Part shown: positions 38,691 to 49,000 of the stretch, one piece after another | How positions within the stretch are numbered: the stretch's first letter is position 1 | Layout of the letters: each line of letters opens with the position of its first letter | Assembly: GCA_013816485.1 (NCBI GenBank) | Contig: JACDEI010000010.1 | Location: 54,854 to 118,853 of the forward strand | Direction: 5' to 3' | Length of the DNA stretch: 64,000 bases | DNA from: Planctomycetota bacterium | GTDB lineage: Bacteria; Planctomycetota; UBA11346 | Notes under the pieces: model-generated | The model's database searches: none | The model's input: only the letters and a program-made list of their open reading frames with translations | Told to the model about the DNA's origin: nothing | Made by a program: the position numbers and the translations under genes

Positions 38691-39803
38691 ATGGCCCGGC
38701 CCATGGTCATCGCCATCGACGGTCCAGCCGGTGCCGGCAAGAGCACGGTCACGCGCCTGCTCGCCCAACGCCTCAAGCTGTTGTTCCTCGACACCGGTGC
38801 GATGTACCGCGCGGCAACCGTCGGCCTGTTCGATGCCGGCATCAACGTCGACGATCCGCAGGCGGTGGCGGCGTGGGTGTGCCAGCGTGACATCGGTTTC
38901 GATGCCGAAGGCCAGGTGCAACTTGACGGCGTAGTGCTGCCGCGTGCGCGTATCCGTTCGCCTGAGACCACCGCGCAGATCTGGCGCGTCGCCGACAATG
39001 TCGGCTGCCGCGCCCATCTGGTGCAGTTGCAGAAGAGCCTGGTCGCCGGTCGTGATGCGGTGGTCGAAGGTCGCGATGCCACCACCGTCATCTGTCCCGA
39101 CGCGCAACTCAAAATCTTCCTCGACGCCAGCCCGGAGGAACGCGCCCGCCGGCGACTCTCCGAGTGGCCGCCGCACCAGGCGCAGCCCTCGCTACCCGAG
39201 GTGGTGGCGCAAATCCGCGAACGCGACCAGCGCGATTCTTCGCGCGCCGTCGGCGCGTTGACGCTGACCGACGATGCGGTGCATCTGTACAGCGATGGCT
39301 TGGCGATGAATGAAGTCATCGCGCGCATCACCGCCTACGCCGTACAACGCCAGCCCTTCCTGCTAGAGAACCTCGTCGCCGATCAACTCATCGTCGGTCG
39401 CAGCCGTCAGCCCGGCTACGTGCGCGTCGCGGTCGGTGATCCGGCACACACCACCGCCGGCTGGCAGCTCGGCCTGACCAATCCCACGCCGGAACGCATG
39501 CCCGGCAGCACCCGCTCGATGACGCGCAACCTTGGCGGGCGTCAGGCCGGCACCGTGCTTCAGGGTCAGGCGATCCTCTGTCTTGCCGGCACCGCCGAGG
39601 ATCCCGGCCACGTCGTCGCCTTGCCGATGCTGCCACAGACCTGGTACATCATCGAGCCCGGCGCGTGGCATGCGGTGATCCAGAGCCACGGCACCATCTG
39701 CGCGTGGGCGGAATCATCCGGCATCCGCGAAGAGCAGCGCGACCTGACCAATGACCAACTGTCGGAGATGGGCGCGTACACCACGGTATACCTGCCGCAC
39801 TGA
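38691..39803 (+). CDS. cmk: Cytidylate kinase fused to a roughly 150-aa C-terminal domain of unknown function (possibly cupin-like).
   Basis: VIAIDGPAGAGKSTVTRLLAQRL...DTGAMYRA...GRDATTV (Cmk core of about 225 aa). It then continues in frame as ...ENLVADQLIVGRSRQPGYVRVAVGDPAHTTAGWQ...WYIIEPGAWHAVIQSHGTICAWAE. Confidence 0.75.
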   Translation: MARPMVIAIDGPAGAGKSTVTRLLAQRLKLLFLDTGAMYRAATVGLFDAGINVDDPQAVAAWVCQRDIGFDAEGQVQLDGVVLPRARIRSPETTAQIWRVADNVGCRAHLVQLQKSLVAGRDAVVEGRDATTVICPDAQLKIFLDASPEERARRRLSEWPPHQAQPSLPEVVAQIRERDQRDSSRAVGALTLTDDAVHLYSDGLAMNEVIARITAYAVQRQPFLLENLVADQLIVGRSRQPGYVRVAVGDPAHTTAGWQLGLTNPTPERMPGSTRSMTRNLGGRQAGTVLQGQAILCLAGTAEDPGHVVALPMLPQTWYIIEPGAWHAVIQSHGTICAWAESSGIREEQRDLTNDQLSEMGAYTTVYLPH

Positions 39804-39815
39804 CGAGCCGCTCGC

Positions 39816-41336
39816 TCACGGTTTTGCGCCAGCCTCCTGCAAACGCAGAGCCACCGCGATCAGCGCGGTTTGCACTGCGCTATTCGCCGGCGTGCCTTTG
39901 GTCTCGCCGTAGAGCAGCTTGAGCCGTTGTGCTTTCGCGCCGTCGGTGGCCAGGGCTTCCGCCTCGCTGACCTTGGTGGCGATCTCGTCGGCCGAGATCT
40001 TCGCTGCTAGGTCTGCGGTCGGCGTGGGCGACCAGTCCTCGACGAACTTCGCCAGCGCCTTCCAACGCGCGGCGCCCGGTTTCACCGTTTCGGCCTTCGG
40101 CCACGCGTCTTTGGCCAGCAGGTCGAGCGCGCTGATTGCGCGCTCGCGCACCGCGTAGCCGCCCCAGGTCTTGAGGAAGCCGCGCAGGGCGCTGACCGTC
40201 GGCTTGGCGCCGAGTTTGTCGAGTTCCTCGCCGGCGAGGCGTTCGCCCAGGTCGCGAGCCTTGGTGGTGGTCGGCAGTTCGGCGGGCCATTTCTGCACGA
40301 ACGTGCGCACCGCAGCACCCGATAGTTTCTCCGCGAGCTTCGTCAGCTCAGTGGCGGCCTCGCCATCCAGCACCGGCACCAGCCTGGATACCGCGCTGGC
40401 GGCTTCCATCGCCACATCACCGGCGATGGCGCAGCTCGCGGCCTGCTGGTAGGCAGCGTAGGCTTCGCGGTGCTTCTTCTTGGTCTCCAGATCCTTGCCC
40501 TGGGTGAGGGCGGCGGTGGCGCCAGCCAGCACCGGCGCGTCATTGAACACCACCGCTTTTTCAAACCATTCTGCGCTTGGAGTGTTGTGGTCGAGCCCAG
40601 GTTGTTCGAGGTAGATCAGGTGAGGGAACTTCTGCCCCCGGTAGTCCGCGTGTACGTCGATGGTGCCCGGCTTGTTGTAGTCCTCTGAACCAGTGACGAA
40701 GGCGAAGCGGTTGGCTTTGGCCAGCGCATCGATGCGTGTCGCCACGGCTTTGTCCGCCGGTGCACGGAAGGGGTTGCAGCCGATGAGGTAGATCGCTCCC
40801 CCGCTGAAGACATCGGCGAAGGGCACCGCCATTCGGCTGGCGACGCGTCCACCACCGGACTGGCCCATGGCATAGATGCGCTGGTTGTCGATGTGGTAAC
40901 GCGCGCGGATGTTGTGCACGCCATCGATGCTCAGGCGGATGCGGAACCACGGCGTGCGGTCGTTGTCGATCTTGGTGCCACCGACCCAGATGAGTTTGTG
41001 TTGGTCGCAAATCTCGGCGTATTTCCCAGGAGGCCCACCACCCAGGCCGGAGTTCACGTAGGCGATGAGGCCGTAGGGCACCGAGCCATCGTAACTCTTG
41101 GGTACGTAGATATCGTAGGGTTCCTGAGTCAGCTCATAACTGGCATTACTGGGCTCGGCTTGGTCTTTCGGAAAATTGTAGAGCGCGCCCATGCGCTCGA
41201 CGTACATCGCCCACGACGACATCGGCGAGCGTTCGCTGAAGGTAGTGGTGTAGCGGCCGGTGCGTGGCGCGTCAGCGCCGGTCAGACAGCCGACGACGGA
41301 CCACAGGATCACAGCCAGACGTAGTGGTGACATCAC
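39816..41336 (-). CDS. Secreted alpha/beta-hydrolase (esterase/depolymerase-like) with a C-terminal helical domain.
   Basis: Signal MMSPLRLAVILWSVVGCLTGADA. Nucleophile elbow YAMGQSGGG. Confidence 0.6.
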   Translation of the reverse strand: MMSPLRLAVILWSVVGCLTGADAPRTGRYTTTFSERSPMSSWAMYVERMGALYNFPKDQAEPSNASYELTQEPYDIYVPKSYDGSVPYGLIAYVNSGLGGGPPGKYAEICDQHKLIWVGGTKIDNDRTPWFRIRLSIDGVHNIRARYHIDNQRIYAMGQSGGGRVASRMAVPFADVFSGGAIYLIGCNPFRAPADKAVATRIDALAKANRFAFVTGSEDYNKPGTIDVHADYRGQKFPHLIYLEQPGLDHNTPSAEWFEKAVVFNDAPVLAGATAALTQGKDLETKKKHREAYAAYQQAASCAIAGDVAMEAASAVSRLVPVLDGEAATELTKLAEKLSGAAVRTFVQKWPAELPTTTKARDLGERLAGEELDKLGAKPTVSALRGFLKTWGGYAVRERAISALDLLAKDAWPKAETVKPGAARWKALAKFVEDWSPTPTADLAAKISADEIATKVSEAEALATDGAKAQRLKLLYGETKGTPANSAVQTALIAVALRLQEAGAKP

Positions 41337-41421
41337 GGACCTCGCCGGAAGCCTCCGGCAAGTCGTGCCCTGTCAATCAAACACCCGCCAGGATGTGCAG
41401 CCTGCGTCGATCGGGCGTGCG

Positions 41422-42252
41422 TTATTCCGGCGTCAGGTCGCGTGCCACCTGGCGCAGGGTCCGCAGGGTATCCTGGAGCAGGTCGGGCAGTTCCCCGAGG
41501 ACCATGGCGATGGCTGGGCGTTTGCCCGCGCGCAGCAGGTTTTCCAGCAGCACGCAGCGGTGGGCCAAACGTTGTGCGCCGATGATCTGACAGGAACCCT
41601 TCAGCTTGTGCGTGGCGCGTAACAACGCCTCGTCATCGGGCGCTCGCCCGCATGCGAGTACGGCCTGGAGGTGTCGCGGCGCCTCGCTGAGGAAGATCTG
41701 CACCATCTCGCCGCAGATGGCGTCGTCCCCGAGTTCCACCCGCAACCGCGCGAGCACCTGCGGATCGATCACGGTCTCTTGTGCGGGCGAGCCGACCAGC
41801 ACGACGCTGGTGATCGGGGTCGGTGATGGACCAGCGATCACAGGCAGGAAACGCGCGAGGGCATCGCTCAGCGCCTCGACCTGCACCGGCTTGGCGAGCA
41901 GGTCGTCCATGCCTGCGGTGTGGCAGCGTTCACGGTCGTCGGCGCTGACGTCGTTGCCCAGCGCCACCACTGGCAGGCGTGCGAGCTGGTGCACCGCTTC
42001 ACGCGCGCGCAGGTCACGGGTGGCCTGATAACCGTCGCGGTGCGGCAGGTAGCAGCACATCAGCACCAGATCATAGGCCTGGGTGGCGATGGCGGCGAGC
42101 GCAGCCTGGCCGTCGCCGACCCCATCCGCACCCAGGCCCAGACGCGCGAGATGGGCGGTGGTCAGGCGGCGGTGCATCACATCGTCATCCGCCACCAGGA
42201 TGCGACCGCTGAAGTAGCGAGCCGGCTGCCGTGGCGGTGATCCACCAATCAC
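41422..42252 (-). CDS. Response-regulator receiver domain fused to an Hpt phosphotransfer domain.
   Basis: REC: RILVADDDVMHRRL...DLVLMCCYLPHRDGYQATRDLR (phospho-Asp in the DLVLMC region). Hpt: LRATHKLKGSCQIIGAQRL (H-x-x-K-G). Confidence 0.75.
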   Translation of the reverse strand: MIGGSPPRQPARYFSGRILVADDDVMHRRLTTAHLARLGLGADGVGDGQAALAAIATQAYDLVLMCCYLPHRDGYQATRDLRAREAVHQLARLPVVALGNDVSADDRERCHTAGMDDLLAKPVQVEALSDALARFLPVIAGPSPTPITSVVLVGSPAQETVIDPQVLARLRVELGDDAICGEMVQIFLSEAPRHLQAVLACGRAPDDEALLRATHKLKGSCQIIGAQRLAHRCVLLENLLRAGKRPAIAMVLGELPDLLQDTLRTLRQVARDLTPE

Positions 42253-42830
42253 GGCTGTTTCACCAGGGATGCGGCCGGGATGTTCGCCGGCAGCGCGATG
42301 TACATGTGCCGCACGCCCCAGCGCCGAGCTTCGCTGTGGGTGATGAAACGCAGGTCGAAGTGTACGACACCGTTTTTGGCGCTCTGACGCATCGCTCCAC
42401 CGGTGTCGTCGACCATCGCCGTGCCGTAGCCGGGCACATCGACCATCAGGCGATAAGGAACGAGCTTGGGTTCGACCGCGATGCCGTAGGGGAACTTGGT
42501 CACGTCACGATTGATGGATGTGCGCCCATCCGAGAACAGGCCGCAGCAGATGGCGCATGGGCAGTAGGCGGTGGTCTTCACCTGCACCCAGCGCAGACCA
42601 TTCGCCGGTTCGATCACCGGCTTGGGCAGGAACTTCTCCTCCACCGTTATGATGCGCAGATACCGCGTGCTGCCCCAGCCGATCAACAGGCCGATTCCCA
42701 GCGTGGTTGCGGTCAGGCGTAGCGCCGCGAACCAGCCGTGGCGGTCACCGAGGGCGGCGAACCACCACGCCAGGACACGTCTGGTACCCCTGGTCCATGG
42801 ACGCCAAGCGGATGCGGGCATGCGCTGCAT
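42249..42830 (-). CDS. 3D-domain (MltA C-terminal-like) protein with an N-terminal TM anchor. It overlaps REC-Hpt by 4 nt.
   Basis: VKTTAYCPCAICCG...VDVPGYGTAMVDDTGGAM (three conserved Asp). Confidence 0.6.
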   Translation of the reverse strand: MQRMPASAWRPWTRGTRRVLAWWFAALGDRHGWFAALRLTATTLGIGLLIGWGSTRYLRIITVEEKFLPKPVIEPANGLRWVQVKTTAYCPCAICCGLFSDGRTSINRDVTKFPYGIAVEPKLVPYRLMVDVPGYGTAMVDDTGGAMRQSAKNGVVHFDLRFITHSEARRWGVRHMYIALPANIPAASLVKQP

Positions 42831-42946
42831 GGTGGGCGTGGTTCGTCACCTGCCAACCGCATCGACGATCTGGTCGACGGTGCATCCGCCACACCGGGGG
42901 GTCGATTCCGGATGACGGACGAGGTCAGCGCCCTAGGGTGGCGCGC

Positions 42947-43702
42947 ATGTCGGAATTCCTCGCTGCTGTGCTGGCCTTCCCCACCATCGCCTACAGCGTG
43001 CTGCTGGCCTTGGCAGTGTTGTATTGGTTGACCGTGATCATCGGTGCGCTCGACATTGATCTGTTCAGTCCCGAGGTCGGCGACGCAGGTGGCGACATGG
43101 CCACTGGTGGACACCACGGCCATGGCTTCCTGGAGTTTCTTTCGGTCGGGCGCGTGCCGGTGACTATCACGGCGTCGGTGTTCCTCTTCTTGGGGTGGTT
43201 TCTCTGCATGCTGGCCGAACTGCTGGTGCGAGCACCGTTGGCGTCGGTGGTCAGCGGGCCGGTGTTTTCACTCGCGCTGATCCCCGCGTCGATGATTCCG
43301 GCGGTGGTGATCACCGGATTGGTGGTCAGACCGCTGCGTCACCTGTTCAACCTGGTCAGCGAACACGGCGAGGCCGGCCTAGTCGGGCGTATGGTGCGCA
43401 TCTCCTCGCTGACTGTCGACCACCAATTCGGCACGGCGGTGTGCGACAACGCCGGCCCTGGGATCCTGATGAACGTCTTCTGCCGTCACGGTGTGCAGAT
43501 GAAACGCGATGACATGGCGGTGGTCGTGGAATTCGACGCCAGCAACAACCTCTACCTGGTCGCTCCGTTCAGCCACGTGCCGACCGACGTGGAAACAATC
43601 GTGACGGATAACGCCGGACTGCCGCCTGTCTCTTCGCCAGCGCAGGCTTCGACTCCGCCCCCGGCGGTTTCACTGGAAAGGCGGATGGAACCACCACAGT
43701 AG
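42947..43702 (+). CDS. NfeD/YqiJ-like membrane protein (three TM segments plus a C-terminal OB-fold-like domain). A flotillin partner is expected.
   Basis: MSEFLAAVLAFPTIAYSVLLALAVLYWLTVIIGALDIDLF...GRMVRISSLTVDHQFGTAVCDNAGPGILMNVFCRHGVQMKRDDMAVVVEF. A flotillin gene follows 49 nt downstream. Confidence 0.55.
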   Translation: MSEFLAAVLAFPTIAYSVLLALAVLYWLTVIIGALDIDLFSPEVGDAGGDMATGGHHGHGFLEFLSVGRVPVTITASVFLFLGWFLCMLAELLVRAPLASVVSGPVFSLALIPASMIPAVVITGLVVRPLRHLFNLVSEHGEAGLVGRMVRISSLTVDHQFGTAVCDNAGPGILMNVFCRHGVQMKRDDMAVVVEFDASNNLYLVAPFSHVPTDVETIVTDNAGLPPVSSPAQASTPPPAVSLERRMEPPQ

Positions 43703-43751
43703 CGCCCACTTGCCGTCCGCCTCTTAACCAAGCGGACCATGCGAAGCGGAG

Positions 43752-45857
43752 TTGGCCATGGCGCAGGAAGTCATCACTACCACCACCGGACTGACCGGGA
43801 TTCAGACCCTGTGGGTCGTCGGCGGTGCCGCAGGCGGCATCCTGCTGATCGGGATCATCCTCTTCATCCGCGCCTACTTCCGTAAAGTCGATCAGGGCTT
43901 TGCCATGATCGTCAACACTTTGCGCAATGAACCACTGGTGACCTTCACCGGTGCGCTGGTGATCCCGATTATCCACCGCGTCGAGATCATGGACATCTCG
44001 CTCAAGACCATTGAGGTCGACCGCCAGGGGACAAATGGCCTGATCTGTGCCGATAACATCCGCGCCGACATCAAGGTGACGTTCTTCGTGCGCGTCAACA
44101 AGACCGCCGAGGATGTGCTCAAAGTCGCCGGTTCGGTCGGTGTCGTGCGTGCCAGCGACCGTCGGACCCTGGAAGAACTGTTCCAGGCGAAGTTCTCCGA
44201 AGCGCTGAAAACCGTTGGTAAAAAGATGAACTTCATCGACCTCTACAACGAGCGCGATCAGTTCAAAGAGCAGATCGTGCGCATCATCGGTCGTGACCTG
44301 AACGGTTATAGCCTGGAAGACGCGGCGATTGACTTCCTGGAACAGACTCCGCTCAAGCTGCTCGATCCCGACAACATCCTCGACTCCGAAGGCCGCAAAA
44401 AGATCATCGACTTGACCACCCAGCAGCGCGTGAAGGCCAACGAGATCCAGCGCGAAGGTGAGAAGGTCATCAAGAAGCAGGACGTCGAAGCACGCGAAGC
44501 GCTGCTTGCCCTGGAGCGCCAGCAGGCCGAGGCGGAAGCCAAGCAGCACCGTGAGATCGCCACCAACCGCGCACGTGAGCAGGCGGAAGAGGCCAAGGTC
44601 CAGTTCGAAGAACACAAACGCGCCGAAGAAGCGCGCCTGAGTGCTGAACAAGAGATCGGCATCCTGCGTGAAAATTCCCAGCGCGAGGTCGAAGTCGCCG
44701 GCAAGAACCGCGAAGGCGCCGTCGCCGTCGAGATGGAACGCATCGAGAAAAACCGTGCACTCGAAGCCATCAGCCGCGAACGCGCGGTCGAGCTGACCAC
44801 CATCGAGAAGGAGAAGGTCCTGGCGGTGGAACGCAAAAACATCGCCGAGGTCATTCGCGAACGCGTGATGGTGGAAAAGAAGGTCGCTGAAGAAGAGGAG
44901 CGCATCAAGGACGTGCGCGCCACCATGGAGGCCAACCGTCACAAGGACGTCGCCATCACCAAGGCGACCCAGGAAGCGGAGATGTCCCGCATCAAGGAAG
45001 TGAAGATGGCGGAGGCCTCCGAGCAGTCGGCGGTACACGCCGCGCGCGAGAAGATCGTCACCGCGGATGCGGAGCAGACCTCGGCGGAGAAACAGGCGAT
45101 CGCCTCCATGCGTCGTGCCGAAGGCCATCAGGCGGAAGCCGCCGCCGAAGGCCTGGCCCAGGCCAAGGTCAAGGAAGCCGACGCCGTGGCGGTCGAGAAG
45201 CAGGGCTTTGCCAAGGCCCGTGTCATGGAAGCCGAAGCTGAAGCGGCGAAGAAACGCGGCTTGGCCGAGGTCGAAGTCAAACAAGCGTCGGCGCAGGCGA
45301 TCGAACAGGTCGGCGAGGCGGAAGCCTCCGCGATCGAGAACCGCATGCTCGCTGAAGCCAAGGGCCTGACCGAGAAAGCCACCGCCATGGGCAAGCTGCA
45401 CGGCGAAACGCGCGAACACGAAGAGTTCCGCATGCGTCTGGAGAAGCACGTCGAGGTCGAGAAGGTACGCATCCAGGGCGACGTCTCGATGGCGGAACAA
45501 CGCGCGCATGTGCTCGCCGAATCGCTCAAGAACGCCAAGTTCGAGATCGTCGGCGGCGACGGCGCGTTCTTCGACCGCTTCGTCAACGCGGTTGGTGCCG
45601 GCAAAGCGATCGATGCCACGGTGGCCAACAGCAAGGTCATCCAGCAACTCGGACGCGAGTACCTGGAAGAAGGCCGCAGCCTGCCGGATGATCTCAAGGG
45701 CGTGCTCAGCAGCTTCGGCTCCAACGACCTGAAGAACCTCTCCATCGCGGGCGTGCTGCAGAAACTGATGGCGGGCAAGGATCCGGCGAAGGTCTCGGCG
45801 CTGCTCAAGCAGGCGGCGACGCTCGGGTTGATCGAGCCCGACGACGACAAGGCGTGA
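43752..45857 (+). CDS. Flotillin-family SPFH/band-7 protein (YqiK-like), 701 aa, with a very long coiled-coil tail.
   Basis: N-terminal TM segment. SPFH core VTFTGALVIPIIHRVEIMDISLKTIEVDRQG...IRADIKVTFFVRV. About 350 aa of EA-rich heptads follow, e.g. EAEAKQHREIATNRAREQAEEAKVQFEEHKRAEEA. Confidence 0.85.
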   Translation: MAMAQEVITTTTGLTGIQTLWVVGGAAGGILLIGIILFIRAYFRKVDQGFAMIVNTLRNEPLVTFTGALVIPIIHRVEIMDISLKTIEVDRQGTNGLICADNIRADIKVTFFVRVNKTAEDVLKVAGSVGVVRASDRRTLEELFQAKFSEALKTVGKKMNFIDLYNERDQFKEQIVRIIGRDLNGYSLEDAAIDFLEQTPLKLLDPDNILDSEGRKKIIDLTTQQRVKANEIQREGEKVIKKQDVEAREALLALERQQAEAEAKQHREIATNRAREQAEEAKVQFEEHKRAEEARLSAEQEIGILRENSQREVEVAGKNREGAVAVEMERIEKNRALEAISRERAVELTTIEKEKVLAVERKNIAEVIRERVMVEKKVAEEEERIKDVRATMEANRHKDVAITKATQEAEMSRIKEVKMAEASEQSAVHAAREKIVTADAEQTSAEKQAIASMRRAEGHQAEAAAEGLAQAKVKEADAVAVEKQGFAKARVMEAEAEAAKKRGLAEVEVKQASAQAIEQVGEAEASAIENRMLAEAKGLTEKATAMGKLHGETREHEEFRMRLEKHVEVEKVRIQGDVSMAEQRAHVLAESLKNAKFEIVGGDGAFFDRFVNAVGAGKAIDATVANSKVIQQLGREYLEEGRSLPDDLKGVLSSFGSNDLKNLSIAGVLQKLMAGKDPAKVSALLKQAATLGLIEPDDDKA

Positions 45858-45864
45858 GCGGCAC

Positions 45865-46000
45865 GTCCGGAGTCCGGGGTCCGGAGTCCGGAGTCTTGTG
45901 GACGCGAGCCACCTCACGACTGGTGACCAATCATGACGTCGATCACGCACGTTGACCTCAAGCGCAAGGGACCCCGGACCCCGGACCCCGGACCCCGGAC
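45865..46000. repeat. GTCCGGR-type tandem-heptamer inverted-repeat element between the flotillin stop and the giant AAA+ gene start.
   Basis: Left arm gtccggagtccggggtccggagtccggagtc. Spacer starts cttgtggacgcgagcc...gaccaat. Right arm gggaccccggaccccggaccccggaccccggac. The spacer 5' end (cttgtgga...gaccaat) is shared with the 37833 copy. Confidence 0.8.
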
Positions 46001-46023
46001 GCTGACCTATCGGCCATGGTCCC

Positions 46024-49000
46024 ATGGTTGACACGCCGCCCCTCAACGCCGCCTTGGACGCCGGCACCTACGAAGTCGTGCGCAAACGCCTCGACTCCGT
46101 CGCGGCAGAGCTTTTGACCGAGGTCAGCGGGCTCAACGAACGACGCTTGTCGGTATTCGGTGCCTCGGCCACCACGCTGCTGGCGACCGAACACCTGCGC
46201 ACTGATCACAACTGTGTTCCACGCGACATCGTCGCGGTCGGCGATCGTTTGATCCTGGGTTACCAGGTACACATGGGCCTCAAGTCGACCACCGGCGTGG
46301 GCGATGTGTTCATGGAGGTGCGCTACGGCGACAATACCTTCCATCCGGTCGAGCGTTCGCTTTTCACCGGCGCGGCGTTCGAAAAGGACTTCGCCGAGAT
46401 CTTCCAGTACTACAAGGATGCGCGGCTCCTCCAACTCAAGCGCACCGACACCCACGTGCTGGCGGCGTTCCAGACCGGGCAACGCATCAGCGACCTGCGG
46501 GTCATGCGCTGGGCGCTGTCGAAGGACCGCACGTCCTGCATCTATGTCGACAACCGTGGTGCACCGGACTTCGTGCTGCCGCCGAGTCACGATTTCACCT
46601 GGGTGCGCACCACGCGCGACAACCATGTCCAAGGGTCACACCCGCATGTGAATGTACTCGACACCGTGTTCGTCGAGAGCATCCACGGTGACGTCACCAT
46701 CAAGATCGAGAACAACACCACGACTGGCGCGGGCATCCTCAACGATCCGGTGAAGGACCCGCATCAAGGCATGGATGATGCGGAGATCAGTTACGCGGAT
46801 CTGGACACCGTCATCCTGCTGAAGGTCCGCCCCTACCGCGAAAACGAGTTCCGCTACTACGTCTACAACAAGTTGACGCACGAAGCGGTGCGCATCGACG
46901 CCATCGGCCAGAGTTGTCAGCAATTGCCCGAAGGCCACGGCTTCATCTTCCCAGGCGGCTACTACCTGGCCAACGGCGAGCACAAGATCTTCCCGCAGGA
47001 TTTCAGCGGCATGCAGTTCGTGCGCGCCCTGCGGGCGCCCAACGGTGAAGACCTAGCCTACATCTACCACGAAGAAAATGACGGCGTCTACGTCATCCTG
47101 CGCTATAACCTGATCACGCGCAGCGTCGATCAGCCGCAGGTGTGCAACGGCTACAGCCTGTTCGCCGACGGTCGCCTGGCGCTCTTCCGCGCCCAGCCGG
47201 AACCCACGCGTCTGCACGCCATGCAGGTGTGGCAGACCCCGTTCGCCTCCGACGAACACGTTGGTGCATCACCGGTGCGCGATTCACCGCTGGGACGCAT
47301 CGGCAACCGCGACCTGGTACGTGGCATCAGTGATCTGCGCAACCTCCATCGCCTGATCACCAACCAGAAGCCGACGCGCGAGGCCTACGCCGAACTGCTC
47401 AAGCAGGTGGTGCGCATCAGCGACAGCTACCATTGGCTCGGCGGCGCCGAGGCCGGCCGCCTGAGTACGCTCATCGGTCAGGTGAAGGACGGCGTCAACG
47501 CCGCCATCGGCGAATTCGAGAAGGTCCTGCAACTCACCGCCCAGGCGGCGAGCCACATCGCCGGTCTGGAGGCTGCGGCAAAGGAGCTGTTGCGCACCCA
47601 GGCCCTGGAGACCAAGGCCACCATCGATGACTACGTACGCCCGCTCACCGAGCTGCGGCGTCAGCGCGGTGCGGTCGAAAGCGCGCGCGGCATCCGTTAC
47701 GCCGATGGAACGCGGCTGGATGCGCTCGACCAACGCCTCGCCAGCGCGGCACAGGAACTCAGCGCGTCGGCGGTCGAATTCCTGATGCGTCCAGAGGCGC
47801 TCGATAGCTACCAGTCGGAATTGGCAGCCAGCGAAAACCTGGTGCCGACGATTGCCACCGTGGTCGATGGCAAGGCCCCACGCGAGCGCGTCGACACCCT
47901 TGCCGGTGGCCTCGATCTGTTGGTGGAGACCGTCAATGGGCTGGAGATTGCCGACGCCAATGCGCGCACGGCGATCCTGGAGCGCATCTCCGCGGTCTAC
48001 GCCGCGCTTAATCGTGTGCGCGCGTTGCTCGAAGCACGTCGCCGTGAACTCGGCGCAAAAGAGGGCAAGGCCGGCTTTGCCGCGCAGCTCAGCCTGTTGG
48101 CGCAGGCGGTGGGCAACGCCATCGCGCTCAGCGACACCCCAGAGAAGTGCGACGAATTCCTGGGCAAGCTCATGCTCCAGCTCGAAGAATTGGAAGGCCG
48201 CTTCGCCGAGGTCGACACCTTCGTCGCCGAGCTGACGACCAAACGTGAGGAGATCTACGAGAGCTTCAGTGCGCGCAAACAGGCGTTGATGGACGAGCGC
48301 CAACGTCGTGCGGATGGCCTGGGGAACGCCGCCGACCGCGTCATCGCCGGCATCGTCCGCCGCGCCAAGACCTTTGCTGTCCTCGACGAACTGAACGCCT
48401 ACTTCGCTAGCGATCCGATGGTGCTCAAGGCGCGTTCGGTGATCACCGAATTGCGCGCTCTGGGCGCGACGGTCAAAGCCGACGACGCCGAAGGCCGCAT
48501 CAAGGCTGCGCGCGAGGACGGCGTGCGTGCGCTGCGCGATCGCAGCGAACTCTACGACGGCGAAGCGATCAAACTCGGTCGGCATCGTTTCAGTGTGAAC
48601 ACCCAGACGCTCGATCTGACCATGCTACCACGCGCCGATGCCGAAGGCCGCACGGGCATGTGGTTCCACCTCACCGGTACCGACTACTTCGCGCCGGTGG
48701 AGGATGCGACCTTTGCCGCCACCAATGGCTTCTGGCAGCAGGAGATCGTAGCCGAGACGCCGCAGATCTACCGCGGCGAATACCTTGCGTGGCAGGTGCT
48801 GACCGCGGCGGAGGCCGGCACCAACGGCCTGTCGTCGGCCAAACTGAAAGAGGCCGCGCTCACACGTGAAGCGCTGATGACGGTGGTGCGCACCATCGCG
48901 GGTGAGTTCTACGACCACGGCTACGATCGCGGCATCCACGACCACGACGCGGCGCTCATCCTCGAAGCCGTGCTGCATCTACGTGAGACTTGCGGCCTGC

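Noticed and set aside
43569-46067. 832-aa ORF on the minus strand.
   Set aside because: Antisense shadow of the flotillin gene in GC-rich DNA. Its translation is low-complexity (L/G/D/A-rich) with no motif, while the plus-strand flotillin is unambiguous.
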